A stretch of 64,000 bases of DNA from the NCBI GenBank assembly GCA_965219675.1, contig OZ244786.1, positions 1,818,597 through 1,882,596 of the forward strand, in the 5' to 3' direction. A program made the translations under genes and the position numbers. The notes under the pieces were generated by a model. It ran no database searches and had not been told where the DNA came from. It saw only the letters and a list, made by a program, of their open reading frames with translations. Every line of letters begins with the position of its first letter. Position 1 is the first letter of the stretch. The DNA is from Candidatus Multivorans sp. GTDB lineage: Bacteria > Acidobacteriota > Thermoanaerobaculia > Multivoradales > Multivoraceae. Below, in pieces: positions 18,990-27,364 of this stretch.

Positions 18990-21385
18990 ATCAGATCCTG
19001 AGGGTCCACATCGACGGTCACGTCAGCAGTCGGCGCCGGAACGACGGCCCGAGCCAGCCGCCGGATGTCGGCGCTGCTCGCGGAGCGCATCAGGAACTGA
19101 AAACGCCATTGCCCCTTGAGGCGCTCGAGCGGCGCCGGAGCCGGCCCCGAAAAGCGGACGCCAGCCGCCAGCGCATGGATCCGGGCGGCCTCCGCGAGAC
19201 TCCTGATTCGCCCCCAACCGCGTTCACGATTGCGATCGCGGACCACAACCTGGACCATGCGGGTGAAGGGAGGGTAGTGGAACAGCCGGCGAAACCGCAT
19301 CTCCTGGCTCGCGAAGGCTTCGTCGTCTCCGTGGAGCAGCGCCTGAATCGCATAGTGGTCGGGATGGTACGTCTGGATCACGAACCGGCCGAGCTGCTCG
19401 CCACGACCGGCCCGGCCGGCGAGCTGCGTGAGCAACGCGTAGCTGCGTTCCGCGGCCCGAAAGTCCGGGAATCCGAGATACGAGTCCGCGGTGAGCACTG
19501 CCGCCAGCGCCACGTCGGGAAAGTGGTGGCCCTTGGACACCATCTGGGTGCCGATCAGGATCTGCGTCCTTCCGGCGCGAAACCTCTCCAGGACCGCCGC
19601 CGGACCCCCGACGCGGCGGGTCGCATCCCGGTCCAGCACATCCACCACGGCACCCGGAAACCGCGCCCGGACCTCCTCCTCCACCCGCTCCGTGCCGGCG
19701 CCAATTGGTTGAAGCGCATCCGCACCACAGCCCGGGCAAAGGCGCGGCACGCTCTCGCGGGCGCCGCAGTAGTGGCAGATCAACCTGCGCTCCCGGCGAT
19801 GAAAACACTTGGGCAGGCCACAGTCCTCGCAGGGCATGTTCTCGCCACAGGAGCGACAGAGCAGTTGCGGCGAGTAGCCCCGCCGGTTCCGCAGCAGGAT
19901 GACCTGCTCTCCCCGCTCCAGGCTATGCGTGATCTGGTCGACCAGCGCCGCCGAGAACGTCACATCCCCTGGTCGACGTGGACCGCTGGCCTCCTTGCGG
20001 AGATCGACCAGGATCGGTTCCGGAAGCGAACCCGACCCGACCCTGGCGGTGAGTCGGATATGGCGGTACCGGCGGCGCTCGACATTCAGGCGGGTTTCAA
20101 GACTCGGCGTCGCCGAGACCAGCACCGCGGCCGCGGCGCATGAGCGGGCCCGCACGAGGGCCACGTCCCGACCGCTGTACCGTGGACGCGTGTCCTGTTT
20201 GTAGGCCGCGTCCTGCTCCTCGTCGACGACGATCAGGCCCAGGTCCCGGACGGGGGCAAAGACCGCCGACCGGGGACCCACCACGAGCCGGCACTCGCCG
20301 CTGCGGACGCGCTCCCACTCCTGATGGCGCTCCGCCCTGCCGAGATTCGAGTGCAACAGGGCGACCAGATCGCCGAAGCGCTGCTTCAGCGTCCTCGCCA
20401 GCGCCGGCACCAGGGCGATCTCCGGCACGAGAACGATGACGGAGCGGTCCTCCTCCAGCGCCGCGCCAGCCGCCTGGAGGTAAACCTCGGTCTTTCCCGA
20501 CCCCGTCATGCCGCCCAGAAAGCAGGGTCGGAACTGCCGGCTCCGGACCGCGGCCACGAGTTCGTCGGCAGCGACGGCCTGGTCGGGGCGTAGTTCGATC
20601 GGCTTCGTCTCACCACCACCTGCAAGGTGATGGCGAGCCAGGTCCATCGTCTCGATCTGGGTAAAGGAGCGTAGAACGCCAAGGCGTACAAGGCGTCGAA
20701 CGACGGCCGCCGAAGCGCCGGTTCCGGAACGCACCTCCTCGAGCGTCGCCGGCCGTTTCAGTTCCGCGAGGTACTCGACCACGAGACGCCCTACCGGGGA
20801 CCGCCCGCAGGCCTGAAGCTGGGCGTCGCGGTCCCCTGGGGGCAGTTCGACGGCCGTCCGGTAACGGGAACTCCGCCTGCCGGGCTCGTAGAGACGGAGC
20901 CGGCCGCTCTCCCGCCAGCTCTCGATCCGTTCGAAGAGCGTCGCCTCCCCCAGTTCTTCCCAGATCGCCGCCAGGGCCAGCCGGCCTCGATCCAGGAGCA
21001 GACGTTGCAGAGCCTGGCTCTTCGGATCGCGGTAATCCGCGAGTGCGCCGCGGTTGGTGAGCTCCGCGCGCACGTCGCCCCAGCCAGGGAGCCGTCCGGG
21101 GATCATGTTCTTGAGTACTTCGCCGATCGGCGCCGCGTAGTAGGAGGAAACGAAGCGGGCGATCTCCATCAGATCGTCGGGCAGGACCGGTTCCAGATCA
21201 ACGACCGACTCGATCGGTCGTAGCTGGCCTTCGACCTCAGCCGGAGGGCGAACGGGAAGGCCCACGATCCAGCCTGTGACGTGCCGCTTCCCTACCGGCA
21301 CCCGCGCGCGGACGCCGACCCGGGCCAGGCCGCTCCAACGCCTGGGTACGCTGTAGGTCAGAGCATCCGGCAGCGGTAGAGGCAC
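18986..21385 (-). CDS. priA: primosomal protein N' (replication restart helicase PriA)
   Basis: Walker A GGMTGSGKTEVY, DEEQD box, zinc-binding cysteine cluster CRSCGENMPCEDCGLP...CHYCG...CPGCG. Its stop overlaps the recJ start. Confidence 0.92.
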   Translation of the reverse strand: MPLPLPDALTYSVPRRWSGLARVGVRARVPVGKRHVTGWIVGLPVRPPAEVEGQLRPIESVVDLEPVLPDDLMEIARFVSSYYAAPIGEVLKNMIPGRLPGWGDVRAELTNRGALADYRDPKSQALQRLLLDRGRLALAAIWEELGEATLFERIESWRESGRLRLYEPGRRSSRYRTAVELPPGDRDAQLQACGRSPVGRLVVEYLAELKRPATLEEVRSGTGASAAVVRRLVRLGVLRSFTQIETMDLARHHLAGGGETKPIELRPDQAVAADELVAAVRSRQFRPCFLGGMTGSGKTEVYLQAAGAALEEDRSVIVLVPEIALVPALARTLKQRFGDLVALLHSNLGRAERHQEWERVRSGECRLVVGPRSAVFAPVRDLGLIVVDEEQDAAYKQDTRPRYSGRDVALVRARSCAAAAVLVSATPSLETRLNVERRRYRHIRLTARVGSGSLPEPILVDLRKEASGPRRPGDVTFSAALVDQITHSLERGEQVILLRNRRGYSPQLLCRSCGENMPCEDCGLPKCFHRRERRLICHYCGARESVPRLCPGCGADALQPIGAGTERVEEEVRARFPGAVVDVLDRDATRRVGGPAAVLERFRAGRTQILIGTQMVSKGHHFPDVALAAVLTADSYLGFPDFRAAERSYALLTQLAGRAGRGEQLGRFVIQTYHPDHYAIQALLHGDDEAFASQEMRFRRLFHYPPFTRMVQVVVRDRNRERGWGRIRSLAEAARIHALAAGVRFSGPAPAPLERLKGQWRFQFLMRSASSADIRRLARAVVPAPTADVTVDVDPQDLM

Positions 21386-21422
21386 CGCGACCTCAGCGAA
21401 CTCGCCGGCGGCGGGGCTGGCG

Positions 21423-21788
21423 CTACCCAGCCTCGCTCTCCCCGGCGCAGGCGCCGCACACGCCGGCTGTCAAGTGGGCTTCAGGCACGTGAACACCGCA
21501 ACGCCGACAGCGGAGCAGCGCGCTTGCCGGTTTCGCCCCGGAGGTCGTCCTCGAGTCGCGCCCGGAGTGACCGGACGCAGAGCCGCCGGCCGTACCACGC
21601 GCACTCCGCGGGTCTCCCGTCCTGCCGCTTCCGGGAGCGCGGGTAGCGGATCGCTGCAACACCTGGAGAAGGCGCAGGAACGAGCGCGCTTCCGCCGCTC
21701 GCGGTGACCGGAGAAACCCGCGAACCATCCGCGATACCCACATCCATGCCACCAGCAGGGCAATCAGGATGACGAGCAGCCGTGTCAC
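21423..21788 (-). CDS. hypothetical small membrane protein with C-terminal zinc ribbon
   Basis: N-terminal TM LLVILIALLVAWMWV; C-terminus CRRCGVHVPEAHLTAGVCGACAG (CxxC-x12-CxxC). It lies 37 bp upstream of priA on the same strand. The low-complexity middle lowers confidence. Confidence 0.45.
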   Translation of the reverse strand: MTRLLVILIALLVAWMWVSRMVRGFLRSPRAAEARSFLRLLQVLQRSATRAPGSGRTGDPRSARGTAGGSASGHSGRDSRTTSGAKPASALLRCRRCGVHVPEAHLTAGVCGACAGESEAG

Positions 21789-21872
21789 GATCTAGATCAG
21801 CCCCGACGGCCCGGACTTCCCGGCTGATTCCCCCGTGGTTTCAGAGGCCGGATTCGCCGCGGCCCAACGGCG

Positions 21873-22388
21873 TCAACTGGCCTTGGCCTTGGAGATTTTC
21901 TCGAGGCTGCCCGTGAGCGCCTTCTCGACCAGCACCTCTGCATCCTCTTCGCTGATCTCCCGGACGTGCAGGACCTCGCTGACGATGAAGTACCGAGCCT
22001 TCTCGTACATCTTCTTCTCGCGAAACGACAGACTCTTCTTCTGGCTCACGAGACGGAGGTTCTTCAGCACCTGGGCAGCGTCGGTCAGGGAACCGGTTCG
22101 CATCTTGTCGAGGTTCTGCTTGTAGCGGCCCTTCCAGTCCTTGTAGACGTCGATGTTGCCGTCCTCGATCAACCGCAGCAGATCCTTGATCTCCCGGCCC
22201 TTGGCCAGACGCCGGAGGCCGACCCGGTCGAGGTTCTCCTCGGGCACCATCACCTTGGAGTCGTTCCCCAGTACCCGCAGGTGGTAGTAGGTCTGCTTCT
22301 CTCCACCGTCCGGGGCGCCCAAAGCAATCCGCTCCACAACGCTCACGCCGTGGTTGGGGTATACGACCTTCTCACCGACTCGGAACAC
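21873..22388 (-). CDS. carD: CarD/CdnL family RNA-polymerase-binding transcription regulator
   Basis: MFRVGEKVVYPNHGVSVVERI...YYHLRVLGNDSKVMVPEENLDRVGLR; 171 aa, typical length and N-terminal RNAP-interacting domain. Confidence 0.9.
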   Translation of the reverse strand: MFRVGEKVVYPNHGVSVVERIALGAPDGGEKQTYYHLRVLGNDSKVMVPEENLDRVGLRRLAKGREIKDLLRLIEDGNIDVYKDWKGRYKQNLDKMRTGSLTDAAQVLKNLRLVSQKKSLSFREKKMYEKARYFIVSEVLHVREISEEDAEVLVEKALTGSLEKISKAKAS

Positions 22389-22717
22389 TCTGCACCCCCT
22401 TGCGAAACCCCTTCAGACGCGCGATGGTCGCCTGCCTCGGCAGACGTCGCCGAAGCCTTCCGAGATCGGCCGCCAGTTGCTGTTCTGGATATTCTCTAAG
22501 TTACGGATAGCCACACAGTTAACGGGCGCGGATTGTAGCCGAGAGGGGCCAGAACGTCAAGGGTTCACCGCCCCATTTCCGCCTCGCCGAGAGGGCTTGC
22601 CCTAAGTCCTTGCAGGCGCTTGACTTTGCAGTTGTAAGGCTGGAAGTTGCAAAGATGGAAGTGCTAGTCTGCGCCCCCATCGTCGCAGGACGCGCGAGAA
22701 CGCGGTTTCCCCTTAGG

Positions 22718-22803
22718 GCCGGAGTGGCGGAATGGCAGACGCAGGGGACTCAAAATCCCCCGCCCGCAAGGGCGTGTGGGTTCGACTCCCACCTCCGGCA
22801 CCA
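22718..22803 (+). tRNA. tRNA-Leu (anticodon CAA)
   Basis: GCCGGAGTGGCGGAATGGCAGACGC-AGGGGA-CTCAAAA-TCCCC-CGCCCGCAAGGGCG (long variable arm)-TGTGGGTTCGACTCCCAC-CTCCGGC-ACCA. The 7-bp acceptor stem pairs. The anticodon loop CUCAAAA gives CAA. CCA is encoded. Confidence 0.9.
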
Positions 22804-22891
22804 ACCAAGCGTCTGAAGGGTCCCCTGCGGGGACTCCGGTCACCCAGCGCCCGAACAGGGCGTGTGGGTTCGACTCCCACCTCCGGCACCA
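22804..22891 (+). pseudogene. degenerate tRNA-Leu-like tandem copy (hairpin + variable arm + T-arm + 3' acceptor strand + ACCA; no 5' acceptor strand or D-arm)
   Basis: The 35-nt run GGGCGTGTGGGTTCGACTCCCACCTCCGGCACCAA at 22858-22892 is an exact direct repeat of the tRNA 3' end at 22770-22804. It is preceded by a perfect hairpin GTCCCC-TGC-GGGGAC at 22820-22834. The anticodon-arm equivalent GGGGACTCCGGTCACCC has an expanded loop. Confidence 0.6.
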
Positions 22892-22918
22892 AACAGGCCC
22901 CTGAACGGGCCCCTGTGC

Positions 22919-24616
22919 TCAGCTGTCGGTCTCGGCGTCGTCGACGAGCTCGATGCCCTTCTGGTCCAGAAGCATGCCGATCGCCTTGAAGTAAGCCAGC
23001 AGGGCGCGCCTGTAGTTCGTGATCGCCTCGACCTCGCGGGTTCGCGCCGCGGTGAGATCCTCCTGGATTTCGAGGACCTGGAAGCTCGTCCAGAGTCCGT
23101 TCTCGTAGCGCTTCTGTGCCGCGTCCAGGTTCTTCTCGGCCAGCTCTCTCGACACCCGGGCGGAGTCGATCTGCTTCCCTGCGGTTTCGACCGCGCGCGT
23201 GGCGGTACGAACCTCCGTGCGGATCGACAGCGTCAGGTCCCGCAGCTCCAGTCGGCCCTGATCCAGCGCAAGTGCGGCGATCCGATTCTGGGCCTTGGCG
23301 GTCCGGTTCTGCAGAGGCTTGGACAGGCTCAGGCCGACGTTCCAGCCCTCGAAGACCTGGCCCAGGACCCCTTCGTAGAACTGGCCAAGGGTCGAGAAGT
23401 AGTCCAGCGAGTCGGTCCGCTCGTACTCGGGGGGGCACGGCTCGAACAGATCCGCGATGCTCGGCTCTCCGGGGCGGTCGCAGGTAAGCCGATCGCCGCC
23501 AAGGGCGTTGCGCCCGTAGCTCACGTTCAGGCTGAGGTCGGGTCGCGCCTGGTTCTTCAGGAACTGCGAGTCGATCAGGAGGGTCTCAATCTGAAGCTCC
23601 TGCCTCTCGATCTCGGCACGCCGGTCGAGCGCCCAGCCGAGCGAGGCCTCGAGGTCGATGACGACCCGGGAGATCTCGGGCGACGTGGTCGGCACGATCT
23701 CCAGATCCCAGAACGCCCTCTCATCCAGATTGAGCAGCCGCCTGAGCTCGTCCGCCGAGTCCTGGATCTGCGCCTGGACGCGGATGATCTCCTCCTCCCG
23801 GGTGGCGATGCCGGCCTCGCTCTGCACGAGTTCGAGCGGCGCGAGGGTGCCGACCTCGATCTGAATCCGGTTCATTTCGTGCAGTTCTTCCGCCAGAGCA
23901 AGACTCTCCTCGGCTACCTTGAGCTGCTCCAGCCCTTCGACCAGGGCCCAGTAGCCGTTCGCCACCGTCTGCACCGTGTCGACGACCTGGACTTCCAGGT
24001 CATCCAGGCTCATGTCGCTGTTCAGCCTCGCCACGGCGAGATTGCGCTCCGTGATCCTCCTGCCCCGGTTCCTGAGCAGAGGCTGGTTGAAGGCGAAGGT
24101 CAGGCTCGACCGCAGACTCGGGTTGATGTCCGAGAAGCGGGAGTTCGACTGCGAGCGGCTGTTCTGCCAGTCGATCGAGAACTCGCCGCCCGACGAAACC
24201 GGCTTCCGCAACTCCACGTTCCCGGTGATCGTCTCGTTCTCCGTCACCAGGGCACCATCGAGTTGTGAGGCCGAGGGGCGACTGTCGCTGTTCACGTCGG
24301 CGTTGACGCCGAGCACCATGTCGTAAATGCCGTACTCCTGGTCGATCCGGAACAGCGATTGCGACCGCTGGTAGCGCTGCACCAGCAGGCCCAGGTTGTT
24401 CTTCAGGGCGATCGCGATGGCCTCGTCCAGATCGAGGAGAAGCTGCCCGTCCGCGATGTCCAGCTCGGGTACGACCGGCTCGGTGATCCAGGTCGAGCCC
24501 ACCTGCACCTGCGCTTCCGCCGGCGGCGCCGACACCGCGGGCAGGATGGAAGCAGTGCAGAGCGCGGCGATGATCGCCGCGGATTCTCGGACTCGCTGTA
24601 CTGGGAACAGGTTCAT
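22919..24616 (-). CDS. TolC-family outer membrane efflux protein
   Basis: Signal peptide MNLFPVQRVRESAAIIAALCTASILPAVSA, then two repeated OEP coiled-coil/beta-barrel halves (LDEAIAIALKNNLGL...; ...LDAAQKRYENGLWTSFQVLEIQEDLTAART). Start taken at the ATG at 24616. Confidence 0.85.
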   Translation of the reverse strand: MNLFPVQRVRESAAIIAALCTASILPAVSAPPAEAQVQVGSTWITEPVVPELDIADGQLLLDLDEAIAIALKNNLGLLVQRYQRSQSLFRIDQEYGIYDMVLGVNADVNSDSRPSASQLDGALVTENETITGNVELRKPVSSGGEFSIDWQNSRSQSNSRFSDINPSLRSSLTFAFNQPLLRNRGRRITERNLAVARLNSDMSLDDLEVQVVDTVQTVANGYWALVEGLEQLKVAEESLALAEELHEMNRIQIEVGTLAPLELVQSEAGIATREEEIIRVQAQIQDSADELRRLLNLDERAFWDLEIVPTTSPEISRVVIDLEASLGWALDRRAEIERQELQIETLLIDSQFLKNQARPDLSLNVSYGRNALGGDRLTCDRPGEPSIADLFEPCPPEYERTDSLDYFSTLGQFYEGVLGQVFEGWNVGLSLSKPLQNRTAKAQNRIAALALDQGRLELRDLTLSIRTEVRTATRAVETAGKQIDSARVSRELAEKNLDAAQKRYENGLWTSFQVLEIQEDLTAARTREVEAITNYRRALLAYFKAIGMLLDQKGIELVDDAETDS

Positions 24617-24811
24617 CGGGGTACGTTCCTTCCTTCGACCGCGCTCCGGCCCGAACGGCCGCCACGCATCGTGTCTTCCTCTTTGACGCGAGAGGCGCGA
24701 GGTTGTTTCACCAACCCTACGCCGCGGACTCCTCAGGCGTCGCCCGGCCGAGCCGCCAATTCGCCGACCCACAGGGCGGCATCGGCCGAACCCTATCCCG
24801 TGGCGGATCAC

Positions 24812-26425
24812 TCACTTGAGCAGTCCGTGGGCAACCGACCTGGCCTCCTCCAGGCTTCCGGTCAGGCGGTCCTCGGGGACGCCTCGAAGAATGTCGAGAG
24901 TCGACAGCGTTCTGGCGATGGAGCCGCCAAGCCCGGTCACGACGACCTCCGTTCCCTCCGCCGCGGCGACCTGGACGAGCCGCCGGACCACCATGGCCGC
25001 GCTGTCGTCGAGGTGCACGGCCTCCGAGAAGTCGAAGATGACGACTTCGTGGTCCTTGATGTCCCCTCCGATCACCGAGGACAGCTTGCTCGAGGATGCC
25101 ACCGTGAGCGTCCCCTTGAGCGCCACCAGGCCGACCCTGGCCGAGTACCTGTCTGCTGCCGGAGGCGCCTGCTCCTCGTCGAAGAAGGCGCGGTCGAGAA
25201 GCGGGACGGAAACGACGCTGTCCAGTTCGAGTCGCTCCAGGCGCCGCGCGTGCGCCATCCCGGCGGCGATCAGCCCCACCGCCACGGCCGTCACCAGGTC
25301 GACGAACACGGTCAGGCCCAGCGTCAGCAGCATGACGAACAGGTGTTCGCGCCGAATCCGGTGGATCCGCACCGCCAGCGGCCAATCGATGATGTCCCAG
25401 CCGACCTTCATCATGATGGCGGCCAGCACCGCGTGGGGCACCGGTTCGACGACCGGTCCGAGTCCCACCGCGAGCAGGAGCAGGAACATGGCGCGCATGG
25501 CGCCGGACAGGCGCGTCGACCCGCCGGCGCGGATGTTGACTACCGTACCCATCGTGGCGCCGGCGCCCGGCAGGCCTCCCAGCACCCCGGACACCATGTT
25601 GCCGATCCCCTGCCCTACCAGTTCGCGGTTCGGATTGTGCCTGGTGCCGGTGAGCGAGTCCGCAACCAGGGAGGTAAGCAAGCTGTCGACGGAACCCAGC
25701 AGGGCGAGAATGAGCGCCGGCTGCAGCGCCTGCACCAGAAAGCCCGCCGCGGGAATCCCGATCTTCAGGCCCGGCAGACCGGCTGGCACGTCGCCGAGAA
25801 TGGGCGCACCGCCCAACCAAAGCACGCCCAGCAGCGTGCCAACGATCAGGGACAGCAACGGACCGGGCAGGTACCTCGCGAGACGGCGCGGCCAGAGCAC
25901 GCCGGCGGCCAGGGTGATCAGTCCCACGGCAAGCGCGTGCCCGTTCAGAGCGCCCAACGCCTCCGGCAGCGCCCGGACCGCTCCCAGTGCGCCTCCCGGC
26001 GCCGGTGGCGACCCAAGCAGGGGCAGGACCTGGATCAGGATGACGATGATGCCGATACCCGACATGAACCCGGACACGACGACGTAGGGCGTGTACACCA
26101 CGTAGCGCCCGACCTTGGCCAGCCCGAGCAGCATCTGAAGCAGGCCTCCGAGCACGACCACGGTCAACGCCTCGGTCAGATTCGTCGCGTGGGTCGTCAG
26201 AATGACCGTCATCGCGACGGTCATCGGCGCCGTCGGTCCGGAGATCTGGGAGCGTGTACCTCCAAACACCGCCGCAAAGAAGCCGACCGCGATCGCGCCG
26301 TGCAACCCGGCCACGGCCCCCATTCCGGAAGCCACGCCCAGGGCCAGGGCAACCGGCAGCGCGACGACCGTCGAGGTCAGTCCGCCGAACAGGTCGCCGC
26401 GGAATGTCTGAAGGTCGTATCGCAC
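24812..26425 (-). CDS. SulP-family anion transporter with C-terminal STAS domain
   Basis: MRYDLQTFRGDLFGGLTSTVVALPVALALGVASG (SulP N-terminal motif), multiple TM segments, C-terminal STAS (VVIFDFSEAVHLDDSAAMVV...TGLGGSIARTL). Confidence 0.9.
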   Translation of the reverse strand: MRYDLQTFRGDLFGGLTSTVVALPVALALGVASGMGAVAGLHGAIAVGFFAAVFGGTRSQISGPTAPMTVAMTVILTTHATNLTEALTVVVLGGLLQMLLGLAKVGRYVVYTPYVVVSGFMSGIGIIVILIQVLPLLGSPPAPGGALGAVRALPEALGALNGHALAVGLITLAAGVLWPRRLARYLPGPLLSLIVGTLLGVLWLGGAPILGDVPAGLPGLKIGIPAAGFLVQALQPALILALLGSVDSLLTSLVADSLTGTRHNPNRELVGQGIGNMVSGVLGGLPGAGATMGTVVNIRAGGSTRLSGAMRAMFLLLLAVGLGPVVEPVPHAVLAAIMMKVGWDIIDWPLAVRIHRIRREHLFVMLLTLGLTVFVDLVTAVAVGLIAAGMAHARRLERLELDSVVSVPLLDRAFFDEEQAPPAADRYSARVGLVALKGTLTVASSSKLSSVIGGDIKDHEVVIFDFSEAVHLDDSAAMVVRRLVQVAAAEGTEVVVTGLGGSIARTLSTLDILRGVPEDRLTGSLEEARSVAHGLLK

Positions 26426-26488
26426 GTGGTGGCGCTAGCGATTGTCTCCCGGCTGCGCGACAAACCGCCATGCTACATTCCCGCCCCC

Positions 26489-27364
26489 ATGAACACGCTG
26501 GAAGGTCTTCCGCCCCCCCGTCGCGGCAAGGTCCGCGACATCTACGACCTCGGCGACCTCTTGCTCCTGGTGGCCAGCGACCGCGTGTCCGCCTACGACT
26601 TCGTCCTCTCGCCCGAGATCCCGGACAAGGGCAAAGTCCTGAACCAGCTGACCAACTTCTGGTTCAGTCGCCTTGGAGACACGATCCCGAATCACCTGGT
26701 CGAGACCGACGCCGTGAACTACCCCGCCGAGCTGGGACGCCACGCCGACTACCTGGAGGGACGTTCGGTGCTCGTGCGCAAGGCCGAGGTCGTCCCCTAC
26801 GAGTGCGTGGCGCGCGGCTATCTCGCCGGCAGCGCCTTCAAGGAGTACCAGGAAACGGGCCGGGCCTGCGGCCACGACCTGCCGCCGGGCATGCGTCGAG
26901 CGGAGAAGCTGGACCAGGCGATCTTCACACCGGCGACGAAAGCCGAAGAAGGCCACGACGAGAACATCGACTACGACACTCTCGTCCAGGGCGTCGGCCC
27001 CGAGATGGCGTCGACGCTACGCCGGATCACTCTCGAACTCTTCACGGCCGGACGCGAACTCGCGGCGCAGCGAGGCCTGATCCTGGCGGACACGAAGTTC
27101 GAGTTCGGGCTGGTCGACGGCCAACTGCTCCTGATCGACGAGGTCCTCACCCCGGACTCGTCGCGCTACTGGGACGCGGCGGCCTGGACGCCGGGGACCG
27201 AGCCGGTGTCCTTCGACAAGCAGCCGGTCCGGGACTGGGTGGCCGGGACGGGCTGGGACAAGGCGTCGCCGCCGCCGGAGCTGCCGCCAGAAGTCGTGAG
27301 CGAGACCCGGGAGCGCTATCTCGACGCGTTCCGCCGCGTTACCGGGCGCGACCCGGTTCTGTAG
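26489..27364 (+). CDS. purC: phosphoribosylaminoimidazole-succinocarboxamide synthase (SAICAR synthetase)
   Basis: MNTLEGLPPPRRGKVRDIYDLGDLLLLVASDRVSAYDFVL...LILADTKFEFG. Start taken at the ATG at 26489; the 1001-aa upstream extension is an antisense artefact. Confidence 0.92.
   Translation: MNTLEGLPPPRRGKVRDIYDLGDLLLLVASDRVSAYDFVLSPEIPDKGKVLNQLTNFWFSRLGDTIPNHLVETDAVNYPAELGRHADYLEGRSVLVRKAEVVPYECVARGYLAGSAFKEYQETGRACGHDLPPGMRRAEKLDQAIFTPATKAEEGHDENIDYDTLVQGVGPEMASTLRRITLELFTAGRELAAQRGLILADTKFEFGLVDGQLLLIDEVLTPDSSRYWDAAAWTPGTEPVSFDKQPVRDWVAGTGWDKASPPPELPPEVVSETRERYLDAFRRVTGRDPVL

Noticed and set aside
22389-22717. A mobile-element remnant or sRNA in the 329-bp carD/tRNA-Leu intergenic region, which has slightly lower GC and TTGACT / TTGCAA hexamers.
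   Set aside because: No ORF, inverted repeats or recognisable RNA motif. The most economical reading is divergent promoters for carD (minus strand) and tRNA-Leu (plus strand). I could not assign convincing -35/-10 pairs, so no promoter feature is reported.
22610-23438. ORFs translated across tRNA genes: 22610..22816 (+), 22713..23438 (-), 34162..34404 (-), 34216..34671 (+), 34332..34652 (-), and the N-terminal extension of 43045..43686 (-).
   Set aside because: They read through structural tRNA sequences, giving typical artefact peptides such as VAEWQTQGT / ESNPHAP / ITQLVECQLPKLDVAGSSPVARS. Real gene starts were placed outside the tRNAs (TolC at 24616, bactofilin at 43512).
24359-27364. Very long ORFs on the strand opposite well-supported genes. 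Examples: 24359..27364 (1001 aa), 46602..49772 (1056 aa), 57967..60696 (909 aa), 15453..17708 (751 aa), 60687..62651 (654 aa), 7185..8657, 4187..5647, 22862..24268, 17727..19001, 57305..58579, 11660..13585.
   Set aside because: At about 70% GC, stop codons are rare in antisense frames. These translations are Arg/Pro/Gly/Ala/His-rich low complexity with no recognisable motifs. Each lies entirely within, and antisense to, a gene with strong family signatures (SulP, kinase, UvrC, UvrB, LptA-like, MiaB, LptFG, TolC, RecJ, LdcA, RpoN). Only the C-terminal 292 aa of 24359..27364 (purC) is real.
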